Shown in pieces: positions 12,276-26,532 of a DNA stretch of 64,000 bases (positions are counted from its first letter, which is position 1; the number at the start of each line of letters is the position of its first letter). The DNA lies in contig NC_082720.1 in assembly GCF_030144855.1 (NCBI RefSeq), forward strand, positions 79,732,001 to 79,796,000, given 5' to 3'. This DNA comes from Hypanus sabinus (Eukaryota). The notes below the pieces were generated by a model. It did no database searches, was not told where the DNA came from, and saw only the letters and a program-made list of their open reading frames with translations. Both the position numbers and the translations under genes were made by a program.

Positions 12276-14805
12276 TATGTTATGTTCTACTTCAATGCAT
12301 TGTTGTAATGAAATGATCTATATGGATGGCACACTTAACAAAGTTGGTCACTGTACTTCAGCAGCTGTGATAATAATAAATTAATTTACTACTTTTCCCA
12401 TTGCTACCCAACTTTGCCATATTCCATCAACTTTACTGAAAATACAATGATATGTTGACTGAACATATTATCTCTCTTTGTCTCTTCACAGATGTTAACT
12501 GACCTGTTGAATATTTCACTCTCAGTGTTCTCATTCAGTTTATTAATGCATATTGTGAACAGCCTGGGCCCTGTGGCATCCAACTAATCCCCAATTCACA
12601 GTATATCCTGAAGATATTTTTATTTATACATTGTATTCTGATTGATGAGAATACACTACCTTTATATACACATCCACAGCTTCCTCTTTTTCTATTGTTT
12701 TTTATAATCTGAAAAATTATTGAAGAATTGTCAACTATGCGTTCACTTTTATAAATTATTTTGACTCTAGACAATATTGTATTATGTTATAAAATACTAT
12801 TTTATAAACACTTTGCTACTCATTCCTTCAAAGAAGATTCTACTTGTTCATTAGCCTCTAGCTTTTTTTCCTTCTCTTCTTTTTTAGTTCTGAGAGTTAT
12901 ATTTGCTGTATTGCTATGTGAAGAAACCATACTATGAATGATGGCATTTTGAAAACCAGTGCATAGCCATTTCTTTCAAAAAAAATTAAATGTGAGTCAT
13001 GAGTTCCTAAAGATTTTTTGGCCTTCTATTTCATTAATCTCTCTGATTCTGCTTTTTTTTTCAGTTCCTCATTTGTCTAAATCTGTTGTCCCCTACGATT
13101 TCGGAGGGGATTTTTTTTGTATCGTTATACTTAATGCTCAAAATAATTTCTGTTCTCTCAGTTTGTAAGAGACCCAAGTTAATTTTGACAAATTTTGTAA
13201 CACTTTGTAAGCATTTATCATATTTAAGTTTCAATGTAATCAATGGATATTTACTGAATATTTAAGAATATCAAGACCACAGAGGAACAGACAAATTAAA
13301 AATCCACTAAAGGAATTGAATTACAGTAAATATACAACTATGAATCAGCATGCATTCTGATTAAATAAAAGCTGATGATATATATATATTCCCAAGTAAG
13401 GCCTTGTATCACTTTATTTCAGAATTCATTATGATTTTGGGACAAATAATATTTTTAGACTTCAAAACAGAATAGAAAATTGGGCCATTGTTGTGTATTT
13501 GCATGACTTACCAATCACATTAACAGCAAAAAAAAGGCAAGCACCATAAACTCCCCTTAGAGAGTAAATCTGGGAGAGCAGCTTGAAAGGGAACATCAAG
13601 CTGAGCTGCAAGAACAGAAAGATAAGAAGCTAGCCAAAGTCTATGAATGCCACAAGAAAAAGAAAACAATCAAAGCGGGGCATCAATTTGATGTAAAGAA
13701 GGAAGATTTTGAGAGAAATGGAAATTAACAAGATACTGAAAAGAGAATGGAAATTTGGAAACACGACAATGAGTTAGAGGAAAAAATGTCACTAGTCCAT
13801 ATATTTAACCCTACTATTACAAGGTATGACAGAGAACTAAATGAGAACAAGAATGTAAGTATTTTAAAGGATTCATAAATCATTGGAAATAAACTATTTT
13901 GAATATTTTTGTGAAGTTCTGTAGCATATAATGAGTGGTCCCTTTATTATTATTGCATTTATTACCTTATCCAGGTATAATTCTCAGCATTTATTGAGTT
14001 GGTTGATCTTGGTTAGGACAGGAGTAATGGTCTTCATACTAAGAGAGTGCTTTACCATTGAAGCACTGCTGACACTTAATAGTAAATGTCCGTTACATGT
14101 AATTACACTAAAATCATAGTGCGTTTGGAACTGAGCATATAAAATTCTACAGAGTTCTTGCTTCTGCTAACCAGTGGTAGAAAATGTTCACGTTTTAACA
14201 TCAAAAGTTAGAGTTTTGCTCTGATTAGACAAACATACAAATACCAGGCATAAAAGATTAAATAATATATTTCCTTTGCTTTTGAATGCAGTTCTACGGC
14301 AATAATATAAGTTACATTAAAAATACAAAGTCTTCCAACATTATTGATGCTTTTAAATACACAATCAATGTGCATAGATAATATTTAGATGGCTTGAAAA
14401 GATAACTTCTGTATTGCAAAAAAGGATATAAAGAGAGAGCTGTTTGGTTATTTATGTTGAACATTGCTTTTTTTAAAAAAACAGAATTTTATACTCTGTT
14501 GCATTTTAGTTTATAGTGAAACCTGGATGAACAAATACATTTTTAGTAACTACTGTCAAATTATCTCTCCATAATAAAATTCATTATCACTGAGAATTTA
14601 GGCAAGGGTTAGAATTCACAATGAATTTACCTCAGGACTGACTCTATTAGTGCTCAACGAAGAAAAATGGTTGAATAACAACATGGACAAAAAGCACCAA
14701 CTTCTAAAACTCCATAATGTTGAATGATTCTAACTCCAGTAGAGGGAAGACGTTTTAAAATAACATACACACAAAGCAGATTACAATGAAATTCATCATA
14801 ATTAT

Positions 14806-15188
14806 CATCATTATGTGCTATGTTGTATGAAATGGGTGATCATAGTCTTCTGTCTGTCTTAACCATGATTGCTCTTGGCAAATTTTTTCCACAGAAGTGG
14901 TTTGCCATTCCTTACTTCTGGGCAGTGTCTTTATAGGAAAGGTGACCTCAGTTGTTATCAATACTCTCAGATACTCTCTGCCTTGTGTCAGTGGTCACAT
15001 AACCAGGACGCGTAATGTGCACCAGCTACTCATATGACCATCCATAACATGCTCCAATGACTTCACGTGACCCTGATTGGTGGGCTAAGCAGGTGCTACA
15101 TCTTGCTCAAGGGTGACCTGCAAGCTAGTGGAGGAAAGAAGTGCCTTATACCTCCCTTGCTAGAGACTTATCTCTAACCCACAACCCC
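14806..15188 (-). repeat. Interspersed SINE-like repeat, copy 2
   Basis: Homologous to 6905-7243. Confidence 0.65.
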
Positions 15189-16384
15189 ATCCTGAATAAC
15201 TCTGCAAACTGGTAACTTAGAGCTGCTGACTGACTTCCACCAATTTGTTTCTCCATCAATCTTAATGGAAAAGTAAATCAAGTTGGGTGCAAAAGATGCA
15301 AATTTATTATCACACAATTATACTACTACCCAAGGTGAGGTTCACCCATGCTATAGGTGTAAATATTCCACACCTTATTGTTCTTAGTTTGTTTACTTTC
15401 CTGGTTATATCAACAAAATTGAGTTCAGTGATTTTACAAAATATTGCATGAACAATTTGATAAAAAGATTTTGTTTTGCATTGTATTTATGCTAAAGTGT
15501 GATGCTAAACTAAAAAAAAGATATTAGCCACGTTAGAAAATTATAATTATTTTTCACTTGAAACTCAAGTCTAGCCTTGATCTCAAATTTACACTGATAA
15601 TTTTATGCTTCTGCAAAGTTCACATTGGTTTATATGAATCCCTCATGATTTTCTAATGAAAATGCAACCTTAGACAACATTAAGATATGCAAGATGTTAA
15701 CATGGGAAGTAACTGACAGTGTACTTAAGGATGTAGTCTATGGTACTGGATGTAGCCAAATCATGTTCTGCTGAAACTTGCTTCTTAAAGTAATGCCTTT
15801 AGCAAAAAACTGTGAAAACATATATTGAAAAACTATATATTGCATAACTCATTGAAGTCTTGTTATTAGTTTGCAAAAAACAAAGTTAATTTGCATTCAC
15901 AGAGAGATACACACGGGTATCACAACACACTTTATGAATGATAAATTACTTATTACTCTAATTTAGAAATTGTGGCAGAAATTTATACATGACAAACTTT
16001 CACAAACACCAGTGTGATAATTACCAAGTAATCTGTTAATGGTGATAAATAAACATTGGACAGGGCACAAATGATAAAATCTATTTTAATTCTGAATAGC
16101 ACTAAACTAAGGGATATACTACATTCAATTGCAAGTAGATTTACATTTTGCAGAGCACCAAGCATCAACTGAAATTCAATACTTTAGCCTATTAATTCAT
16201 ATTTTAACCAATAACTTCTGACTCATAAGGCAATGTCAGGGCTGATTCTCTAACACCAAGACTTTTTCCATACTGATTTCGAACTTGTAATCTGCAATTT
16301 GCCATTTTTTGTGAGTAGACTTTGACACTTCCTAAAATCAGTACAATGATTTTAAGTTTCTCAAAATCCCTGTATATTTATTCA

Positions 16385-16567
<183 letters not shown>

Positions 16568-16630
16568 TTAAGGTTATTATTAAGTGTAAAATGGGGCAAT
16601 GCAATGCCTCACCAAACTATTATGGCTAAC

Positions 16631-16851
16631 CTCATTGTGTAAAGTACTGTGCCGTTTTGCATGATCCTGAAAAGCTTGTTGGGAGTAGTCATGTTGTGAG
16701 CAATAGATTTTTTTCCATTTCTGAAAAAAGTATCCGGAGTCCAAATCTTACTGACCATTAAATTATTCAGTCTAAGGATTTCAATGGGCCCTTCAAATTC
16801 CAACCTTTTGTCAATCCAAGTTTGACGAAAGAAGACATCCATGGTATATTC
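16631..16851 (-). CDS. GABRA6: GABRA6 coding exon 4
   Basis: tacag|GAATAT...ATGAG|gttagc; 221 nt; [17 protein letters not shown]...[35 protein letters not shown]. Arg at the benzodiazepine-site His position marks the alpha4/alpha6 class. Confidence 0.97.
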
Positions 16852-17358
16852 CTGTAAAAGAATAATACAGTATTTTAAATAGCGCATTGCATCACTTTAA
16901 CTGCAAGAAGCCAAAATAGTCACTGTGTATGATGTACATAATCCAAAATCTCTAATACCTACCGACACAAAGCTACAACAGCTCAATGGATTATCCAGTG
17001 TCAGTATCCGCTCTAAAAAAAACTTTCTCGTGATTTGACATGTTTAGTTATTTACTTGGCTTCCTTAAGAATGGAAAGCTTTGTTTTTTTAACAATTGCA
17101 GTATTTTGTATAACGCTTATTGTTGGAAACAGAGAAAAGATGATCACTGATACTTTTAGCGGCAGGATAGTCAAACAGATTAAAGAGAATAATCTTCTCG
17201 AATAATATTCTCCCGAGATGCCAAAATAATAAAAGCGATAACAATGTGTCCACCGTCAGTAAAATTGGAGGCGGGAGTTGCTCAGCAATTCTGGTTTGTG
17301 TTTTTCTTTGGTAGAGTAAATATTAGTAATATTGTATCGACCATTGTAAGTATCATAC

Positions 17359-17426
17359 CATTTCAACGTCAGATACAGGACCAAAACTTGTCACATATAT
17401 GTCGGTTTTCACTTCAGTGACAGGAC
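17359..17426 (-). CDS. GABRA6: GABRA6 coding exon 3
   Basis: ctag|GTCCT...GAAATG|gtatga; 68 nt; GPVTEVKTDIYVTSFGPVSDVEM. Confidence 0.97.
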
Positions 17427-17735
17427 CTAGAAAAGATCAAACCATGTGTAAACGACTGTTGGCTGTTCATGGGAATACACCGGTTATTCAACTGTCACAT
17501 GGAAAGAACCAAAAAAGCCCTCAAAGTTTGAGCAACAATGTTTTACAAATGGTAATGCATTCTAAAATTACTTTAAAATACAGAAGTATTAATACGAGCA
17601 CGTGACTGATGAATTTAAATATTTACGATTGGCTAGTCTTCATATTATATCAACTGAGAAGTACGTCATACGAGGCTGCGAAAAGGTTTGAATTTATTGC
17701 TAGACGAATGGTTATGTAGAAAACCTATTGCTTAC

Positions 17736-17866
17736 CTCCAAACCCGGGACGTAGCCTGTTGTCATATCCATCAAGAAGTCTATCGAGAATACGTGTGATG
17801 TTTTCTGAATGTATTCTTACTTCATTGTCATGATTAGAAGACTTTTTTCCGAGCGTCTCTCCTATA
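17736..17866 (-). CDS. GABRA6: GABRA6 coding exon 2
   Basis: tttacag|TATAG...GGAG|gtaagc; 131 nt; [43 protein letters not shown]. Confidence 0.95.
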
Positions 17867-18044
17867 CTGTAAATACAAAATTAATATTGAGGTCAAGGAC
17901 GACTTTAGCAATGTAAGTGTGTTTATTATGCACTTGCGGTAGTCAACTCAAATATGACGTATTTTTTAAATATATATATATTAAATTCAACAAAATACGT
18001 AATTTACCTAACTTATCAGAGAAATGTAAATAAGACGGACTCAC

Positions 18045-18175
18045 CAAAACAGTGCTGTGCAATAGACAAAGATCAGTAAACCCACACGGCTGGTGGACAT
18101 TGCAACCACAGTTCCCATGTCAGCAGTAACCATTTGCATGTCCCATATTCTAAGCCTCTTCACTTTTGCCGTCAT
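18045..18175 (-). CDS. GABRA6: GABRA6 coding exon 1 (signal peptide; start codon uncertain: 18175, 18139, 18133, 18118 or 18100)
   Basis: Donor TTTG|gtgagt in phase with exon 2; MTAKVKRLRIWDMQMVTADMGTVVAMSTSRVGLLIFVYCTALFC; in-frame TGA just upstream. Confidence 0.85.
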
Positions 18176-18622
18176 TGTGCCATTTCAGGAAGAATAAAAG
18201 AAACGATTAAAACCACTTTAGTACCTCAACGTTGAGCCCTTTACGTTCGAAGGAGACAATTTTCCACTCTCCTTTTATTTCTCCGCTGCTGTCTGGGCTC
18301 AACTGAATGCCTCAGTTTAAAACTAAAGAGTTTAACAGCCGGTACGGGATGGCGAGCATTGACAATAATCGAATAAGGCATCATGGGAGATTAAAAACAA
18401 GAAATCCACTGATACTTTTGGCAGGAATTAGCGAGGAGCCGTCAGGAATCCTGGCATGACACGGACAGCCAGCCGAGAGTGATTGCATTACAAATTACAA
18501 CACTTCTTCTGTTACTATATCTATTTAAAAATTCTATTGATATCCTTCTCGTAATGTATCAGTGTTTTGCATTGCCAGCTTCTGAATCAAACTGAGATTT
18601 ATCACAACGTTTCACTTGATTT

Positions 18623-18667
18623 TTCTCTCTCTCTCTCTCAGCCTCAGCGCTCCGCCGCCCCGCCCCA
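18623..18667. promoter_or_regulatory. GABRA6 proximal promoter candidate: (TC)n tract plus GC boxes
   Basis: CCGCCGCCCCGCCCC (Sp/KLF type) about 0.5 kb upstream of exon 1, in otherwise AT-rich DNA. Confidence 0.5.
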
Positions 18668-19679
18668 AGAAATGTGTGACGGGTTGAGAGATTTAGGTGA
18701 CATTGTTAGTTCTTTATTTTTTATAATCTAGGTAATCAGAATTAGGAGGGGTAACATTAGCGATTGCTTATCATATAGCGTAATCCTCGCACTCAACAGT
18801 GTTCTCTAAACCTGTTGGTAAGCATTCAAAATGTTGCTGGCGCTTAATTTCCCAATTGAACTTATAAATGGGCATTTTTAATACACAATTGCTACTAAGC
18901 GCACATGTTCAATCATTCACTTGTGCTACTTCAACAGACCTCTTTGTTACCAAGGTAGGTTGCTTTATTAATGTTTTCATGTTGATAGGCTAATGAGGTT
19001 GGATGCAGGAGATGGTTTGTGTTGACCTTAAATATCACAGGTCAGTTCACTGGCTGGTTTCTCCGCTATGAATTAAATGCAGTGCTATGAATATACAATT
19101 AACCATTCAATGCGTTTGGGGAGTACTAGTCAACAAATGGAAGAAAACTGTTGAGTGGCGTGGGAGCAGAGAGGGATCTTGGAGGGTACCGTCAGATGCT
19201 GAAAGGTAAGACAGTTCCATAAGACCATTAAAAGGTATTCAGTGTTCTTTCCTTATTAGTCTAGACGTAAGAGTAGAGAAGATAGTTTAGAATTATGTTC
19301 TGACATGACTTGTTTCTTCACATTATCACCAAGAGATGATTGCACTAAGGGAGGTACAGGGAGATTTAGGAAGATAATTTGCAAGACTAAAAAATTGTAG
19401 TGATGGGGACATTATCAAAAAGACTGCAATAAAAATATAAAGTGCCAGAAATGCTCAGCAAGTCTGATAATACCTGAAGAAGGAAGAACAGAATTAATGT
19501 TTCAAATCTGAGGAAAGGTCTTTTGACTTTCATCATTAGATATTTATCTTTACCAGAAGGCCTGCAGAGCACTTCCAGGATTTTCTGATTTTATTTCACA
19601 TTTCCAGCATCTGTAGAGCTTTGCGTAGATTCGGGTTGTACTCGTTGGAACAAAAGCAAAAGAAGGCTTTAAAGGGCCT

Positions 19680-19695
19680 GGGGGGGGGGGGGGGG
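19680..19695 (+). repeat. G16 homopolymer
   Basis: Directly visible. Confidence 0.9.
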
Positions 19696-22600
19696 TAAAT
19701 GGGAATAACTAACAAATATATAAATGTTTCTAGCTACCAGTAAAAAATTTTGGGACATAGAATTCATCATTAAAACAAAAGGTGTATAATCACCTGAGAG
19801 TGATGCTCTGGAAGTCATTGGTTCAAAGGGTGTAAAATTCTGACATCTATATAATACTTAAAAATGGGTGTACTATTGATGAATCTTGTTCACTAGGGCT
19901 GCATAAGTAGTGCTTGAACGTGGGATTAGGTTTTCTCTGGCACCATCATGATGAGTTGAATGGCCCCTGTCGTAAATTTTCTGATTCCAAGATTAACACG
20001 AATACAATATGCGATTCTGGAATTCACCACCTTCTAATAAACTTGAAACAACATTTTAATCCTAATTTATATTGATTGTAAGTAACATATTTAATATATT
20101 GATATGGATTAATAGTTCATGAGTAATATATATAGTTATTCCAAACCTTTTCCCTTCCCCGTCTCTATTGCCATTACCAATATTACATGTGGAGCATACA
20201 TATATGAAGCAAAGATAAGCAATTGATAAAATCATACATCTTTCCACAGCTGCATAGGCTTCAATGTCAACTTGAACCTCGGTCAATTTGCCATAATCTT
20301 CTGGATATTTGTGGACATTTTAAATGATCTCCCAAGTTCTATGTTAGTTTTTTTCCTCCTGGTTGCTGGTATAAATACTGCATTCTCATGGACAAACAAT
20401 AATCCAGGAAGTGTTCATGATTACCGATTTCTACATATTTTATCGCAGTAGCCTTGAAGAACAGGACAACCAATCCACGATATATTCTGTTGTGCCTTCT
20501 CTGACGTGATGGTATTCAGTATGGTAGTCATGGTTACTCTAAGTTTGTCTTCCTTTGAAGTAACAATTGTTGACGTTCTTGATCTTACACTTGTTTTAAA
20601 CGCATACAGATATTTCAGTGTGTCGGCCACGAACAGTATATCTGTAAAAAAAACAAAAGCTAGAACTTTATTAAAGTTATTTATTAATCTCTTTTTATCC
20701 TATAGGTCTATGCTGTGGTTTATTAGTTGGTAAGCCAGACCATAACTTGCCAGAATATTTTAGTACTGATCTTTCACGTTTAATATTCATCAATGCTATA
20801 AATTCAACACAATACAAGACAAGTGCTGTTGAATCAAAGGTCTGAAAGTTTGCACATGGAACTTTTTTATTTTCAACCTGCCTTTAAAGATTGCTGCACA
20901 GACCAACTTTAACCTTGAAAACTAATTTTAAAAACAGTAACCATTTCAATATTTAATACTCGTGCTGACTGAAAAGCCTATATAAGAAATAAAACAACTA
21001 TTATTCTGAATGCTAACAGACCTCCACTGTAGTTTTTCAGGTAAATTTTATGCTGAGATCGTGATGCAAAAAGAAAGCATTTGCATTTGTATGTGAATTC
21101 TGTAAAACAGGCATCTTCAGATTTTCTCTTGTTCATAAATGAGAATAAACTGGCCAATGAGCACCAGTTACAGGATAAACCCCAGACTGAAATCTTTAAC
21201 AGACAGATCTTTTATGCAACACAGACTATATTCAATGTTTTGTACTACAAAGGTAGGTGTATTGATATTAACTGATGTGTGAATGGAATTGGGTTAGTTG
21301 AAGTGGTGCAGAGATCAACTAAAGATATGCTAACTGTATATGTTCTCTTCCATTGATAATGGAGAAGTCTTCCATAACCAACACCATCACAGTAACCAGC
21401 AATAATGCTGGAATCTACTTCATCATTCAACTATTGGTACCGCAATTCCCTTTACCTGACTTTGTTCAACAATCAACACCCCTAATAGACAAAAATAAAA
21501 CTCTTGATATTGTCAACTGACCCAGTTTTATAGATCTGAGGTTAATATAATTTTTCATCAAAAATATCAAAGAAGATTGTATAAAACTGGATATCGATAT
21601 ACATGTGATACGTGATCCATGTATCATGTATAATGATAGAAAAGAGTTGAGATGCTAAATGCCCTACTCTTAATCTATTTTACAGTTATCTCATCCTTCT
21701 AACACAAGTCTTTAAATCTCATTAATATTAGCACTATTCAATATATAACAATCAAAAAATCTTCTGGAGTTCAACTTCTTATATGATTAACAATAATCTG
21801 GTCTATCAATTTACCTCTTCATGGCCCTTGCACTTTATCTATCTGCTTTGCACTTTCTCTGTAACTGTACCACTATATTCTGCATTTTTAATTTTTTTCT
21901 TTTTTGTACTGCCTCAATGTACTCATATGAAATAATCTTTCTGGCTGGAAAGCAAATTTCAGGTTGTTTATTATATACATTCTCTGTTATTAAATGGACT
22001 ATTGAACTAAACAAAACTCTGTTTTCTTGCCACATAACAATAATAAACATACACCAATGTCCAAAACTAATCTTCCTACTTTTATTTTTAGTTTCTCCTG
22101 TATTAAGTCTACATTCCATTAGCTTCTATTAAATACAGTTTTTCACTCACATTTAATGATCTCTGTAGAGGACACAATTGCTCCCACATAATACCTAGAC
22201 TCTCACTAATCAAATTAAAACATTTATATTTGTTATTCTATAAAATGTGACGTAATTATAATTCCTTACAATGAGTTTATTATGCTGTAATTTTGCTCAG
22301 TCTCCTAATCACCATTCTTTTCAACTTGGTTCTATCTTCTAAAATAACTACTTTCTCTGTTTAGTGTGACCTGCAAAATTGGATATATGTATAGAAAAAA
22401 AAGTTACCCCAATAGAGATGCTGTTGCAGTATTACACATCCTACAAAAAAAAGAACATTGGCTTTATACCAACTTTCTGCCAATTCTAAAAATATACTAA
22501 AACACATAATTGTCTCTTCTTTAATGTTATTTTATAATCTCTAGTACGATGCAAAAGATGCATGAATAGAACCCATATGCCACCAGCATTTTAGAAAAAT

Positions 22601-25539
22601 CAGTTCTACTTTCCAGGTTTGCAAACATTTGAAGCCAACAATGCTTTTTGCTCACTTTCAGGTAGAAGAAAATGTTTTTTTTTACACTGAAGTTGTTGAC
22701 CCCATTATTTTCTTCCAACAATATACACCACTAGCTTTTTAGTTCAGACTATACTTGTCTAGGTTCCATTTGAATTTTCCAGTGGCCCCATATAATAAAA
22801 TAATTAGTTTATCTTCAAATGTCTACACATATACCTCTGGTGTACCCCCAGCATATATGCAAACAAGGTCCCTCCTACTTTTTCTTATCTATATGCTGCT
22901 GCTATGCTGTCTCAAGACATTTCACAAAGGTTAGTCTGGAGATGAAAGAATTTACAAACTTGATTAGTACATTTTTGCTTTAGATCACATAATTTAATGA
23001 TAATAAATTTCCAATTGCTTCCAAGTTAAAAGTTTGGCACTGCAATTTCTCATGAGTCAAATAAGGGGAAAACGCATATGATAAAAAATAGGAGCAGGAG
23101 CAGACCTCACCATGCCTTACTTATGCTCAGCCGTGCCTTTGATTTCCATAAGACCTATATCATCTCTTCTGCTTAAAATATTTAATGACTCAGCCACTAC
23201 ACCTCTTTGGCATAAAGAATTAAACTGAATTTGTTTGACTCCTTCATTACACACATTTATATTGTGTTAAAGAATTTATTAGGTCTGCACATCTGTCATT
23301 TGTTTGTAATAATGAAGCAAAGGTTGACTGATTTAAATCTCAGTGACCCATTTTGCACAAGTCTGCAGCTTTCAAGCCTTTAGTGACCAGAATGAAATGA
23401 CACTAAATTATTAATAGAACCCATATTACAAATTGTGTTCTACTTTACAGGTTTGTAAACTTTTAAAACCAACAATGCATTTTGCTCATTTTCACATAGA
23501 AGGAAAATGTTATTAATTCTGCTGATAACATCCCCTTCCAACAACCTCCACCATGAACTTGTTGCTTCCGATTTTGCTTGCATTATTCAATGTTTAGCTA
23601 CCCAGTGGCATCATATAAACATAATAAATGGTTTCTCTTGCAAAGTCTTCACATATACTTCTGAAGTCCCCCAAACATTCATATATTAGGTCCCTCTTAT
23701 TTTTCTATCTACATGCTATCTTCTCCAGTATTATCTTAAAATATAAAAGTTACTAAATATATGGTGAGCAAGAACACATTCCATCTTACCAATTTATTGA
23801 TTATCCATTGTTTCCATGATTGCTTTGCTGATGTCCAGTAATAAAGACTTCCAAAAAAAAGTTTGGTTTTTAGTCCATGGAACCAAATCAAACATTGTAT
23901 TTGGTAACTGAACCAGATTGTCTTTAAATAAGTTTTGAACCATTCATTTGTGACATCAGGAATTCTGCTTATTTCCATCACCATTATCTTGCTTGTCTGT
24001 TGTTAAAAAATCTATTCATCCTTTGTGATCCCTATACAATCTCCATTGGCCTCTCTGTTGACAACCTCAAGATCAAGAACTCAGTTGTCCACATTCTAAC
24101 TTATACCAAGATCATTCATCTCTCACCCTTTACTAAACAAACCACACTGAATCCCAGGTAAGCTATATTTTAACATTCTTACATTTGTTTTCAATATTCT
24201 TTATGGCTTTGCCTCTCCTTATTTCCAAAATATTCACCATCCCAATACACCCAAAGTAATGTGCACTTCTAATTTTATTTTCTGGACCTTCACCAAAATA
24301 GATGGATTTCGGGTGTCATTGCCTTGTACTATAATTTTGTTCATAAGCCTCTCTTCTCTTTCCTCTTTAAAATGATTCTAAAAACTCCTTTAGACCAACT
24401 TTCGATCAATTGGTCGAAGAGTCAATTGCGTAATTCGGTTTGAAATGCATTTGACATCACTCGGAGCTTCAGTTTTTGCCACCCAGAGCACATATCATAT
24501 AAAATATATTGATATGTTGTTGGTTAGACTATGTCCTGAACCAGCATCTAAAAGTAGCAGCAGGCCGATTGTGTTACAATGTTTTGTTCATATACGCAAA
24601 CCTGTAATGTTACCTTGATACTTCCACATCTTTGGATAAATCTTCCTTACCTATCCAAAATTAAATGATTCGGATCCTAAAACCTTCCATAACTTTTCAT
24701 CTCATTTATTGCAGGCTAAACTGTCGATATGAATTGTTTTGATTATTCAACAATCTATGACTGGCAAGATAACAGCCGGTAAATTGTCCTTATTGATCGA
24801 TTAGTTGTTAATATCAACCATTGATGATTTTAATAAAAAAAATGAACCAGTCGAAAGTCTTCAACTTAAATAACGAATTACGGGATTTGTGAATGTTTAA
24901 CTCATCCTAAACAAAAATGAAAATGTATCTGGTATAAACTAAAATACGACCCTCCCTGTTTGTTGGCGATACTAACACATCATCTCTGAAATAACATTAT
25001 AGAAGCAGTAAACAACTCTCGATGGCTGTAAACAGGTACAAAACTGCACAGACAACACGCAACTTGTCCTGTATTAAATACTCCTGTTTTGTACTTTGCC
25101 TTGTAGACAGCCATTTAAGTTAGATAAATGGGACAACTTCCATCAATGTAGACTGGATGTTTCCATTTTACAATCTGAAAATCGTAAGACAGAACTGAAG
25201 GGTAGTGCGTTCATCGCTTTAATTTGATCATTTACATCTCCTTGCGGATTATTTGTAACTGAATAGTAAAATTCAGCATCTAAGGCTCCGAGAGCTTCTC
25301 CGTGCAGGTTACTCACAGCACAAAAAGCGAATCAAACCATTTGATTTACCTCTCCCGTTTGAAATGTGGGGGTAAAGAAAACAAGCTGCATTAAAAAAAT
25401 ATTGACATTTTTGAGAACGAAATGAAAACCCAAGCACATATAAAACGACGCAGGTTTCCGATTGAAATCTTTAACACATGCATCAGCGATTTGTGTTACA
25501 TTAGAGCACCGAGACCAGGATATATATATATTAAGTAAA

Positions 25540-25830
25540 ACAGAGATGCTGCACTCTCGTGGATTTCTGTAAGTATCAGTGGGGAAAGCACGGTGGCGAG
25601 GCGAACATTTCATCCGTTCGCTGTGGCGAGCGGCGAGGAGCCGGAATCCCCCTTTTCCCGCCTCGAAGCCGGTCTCACGTGACCCGGCGTCCGTTAGCCG
25701 AGCGGGGTGAAGCCGAGGGGCTCGAGCCGGCGCGCGGGAGCAGCGGCCAACGGCCAACGGCCTGCGGCTCGCTCGCTCGCGCCCCGAGCGCGCGCAGACT
25801 GGGGAGTGCGTTAAAATACAACCCGAGCCA
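25540..25830. promoter_or_regulatory. CpG island upstream of GABRB2 with E-box TCACGTGAC
   Basis: Very high GC and CpG density; TCACGTGAC at 25675-25683; followed by (CA)n at about 25886-25910. Confidence 0.75.
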
Positions 25831-25878
25831 GCTTTTCTGTTTTGTTATCCCTTCTCCTCCACCAACAACAAAAAAAAA

Positions 25879-25910
<32 letters not shown>

Positions 25911-26532
25911 AAAGCAGAGCGAGGATAGGGAGAGGCGATAGATGTGTGCCTGCGTGCTCACGAATATTAATATGGAGCAAGGCGGAAGCTGGCAGACTCC
26001 CATCTCTGCGATTTTCTGCCTTTTTTTTCCAAAGGAAGCCGTGCGTAGTGCGTGTTTTAGCATCCTCCAGGTTTAAGCAAATTTCCTTTATATTCTTCTA
26101 CCCCCACCTCCTCCCCTCCCCACTGTGGGAATGACGATCCGCCTGTGAGGATAACGATCTGGAAGCAGCACCATGCGCCAAGATTTCTGGAAGAGACAAG
26201 CACACGGTGTCCTTCCACCCTGGCATTTTCAGATGCTCTAACAGGCAGCGTCTAAAGACAGGGTTAAAAGAAAACAAGGGGAGGGGGAAAAAGGAGAAAA
26301 CTGCGTTGCTCAATAGAACAGCCACAGACATCTTGTTTTTCTTCACTCCTCCCCCTCTCTCTCTTTCTCTACCCTTCCTCCCTTCCTTCCTCCTCCCCCC
26401 CCCCATTTAGTTCTTTCCATTTTCTCTCCCTCTTACCCCTCTCCTCTGTTGCTGTTATATTTTTATTTAGCGGAGTGGTGCCGCTTTGCCCACATCCACG
26501 GGCTTTGATGTTGAGGAGCGAGTGAGAGAGTG

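Noticed and set aside
16820-16851. Rodent-type short alpha6 variant using an internal acceptor after FFRQ
   Set aside because: The Gln codon is CAA, so there is no AG at that position.
18460-18472. CGGACAGC RE1 right half-site upstream of GABRA6
   Set aside because: No matching left half (CAGCACC); too short to support.
25332-26410. ORFs of 100-190 aa over the CpG island
   Set aside because: GC-rich, low-complexity translations crossing (CA)n and (CT)n tracts; no recognisable protein.
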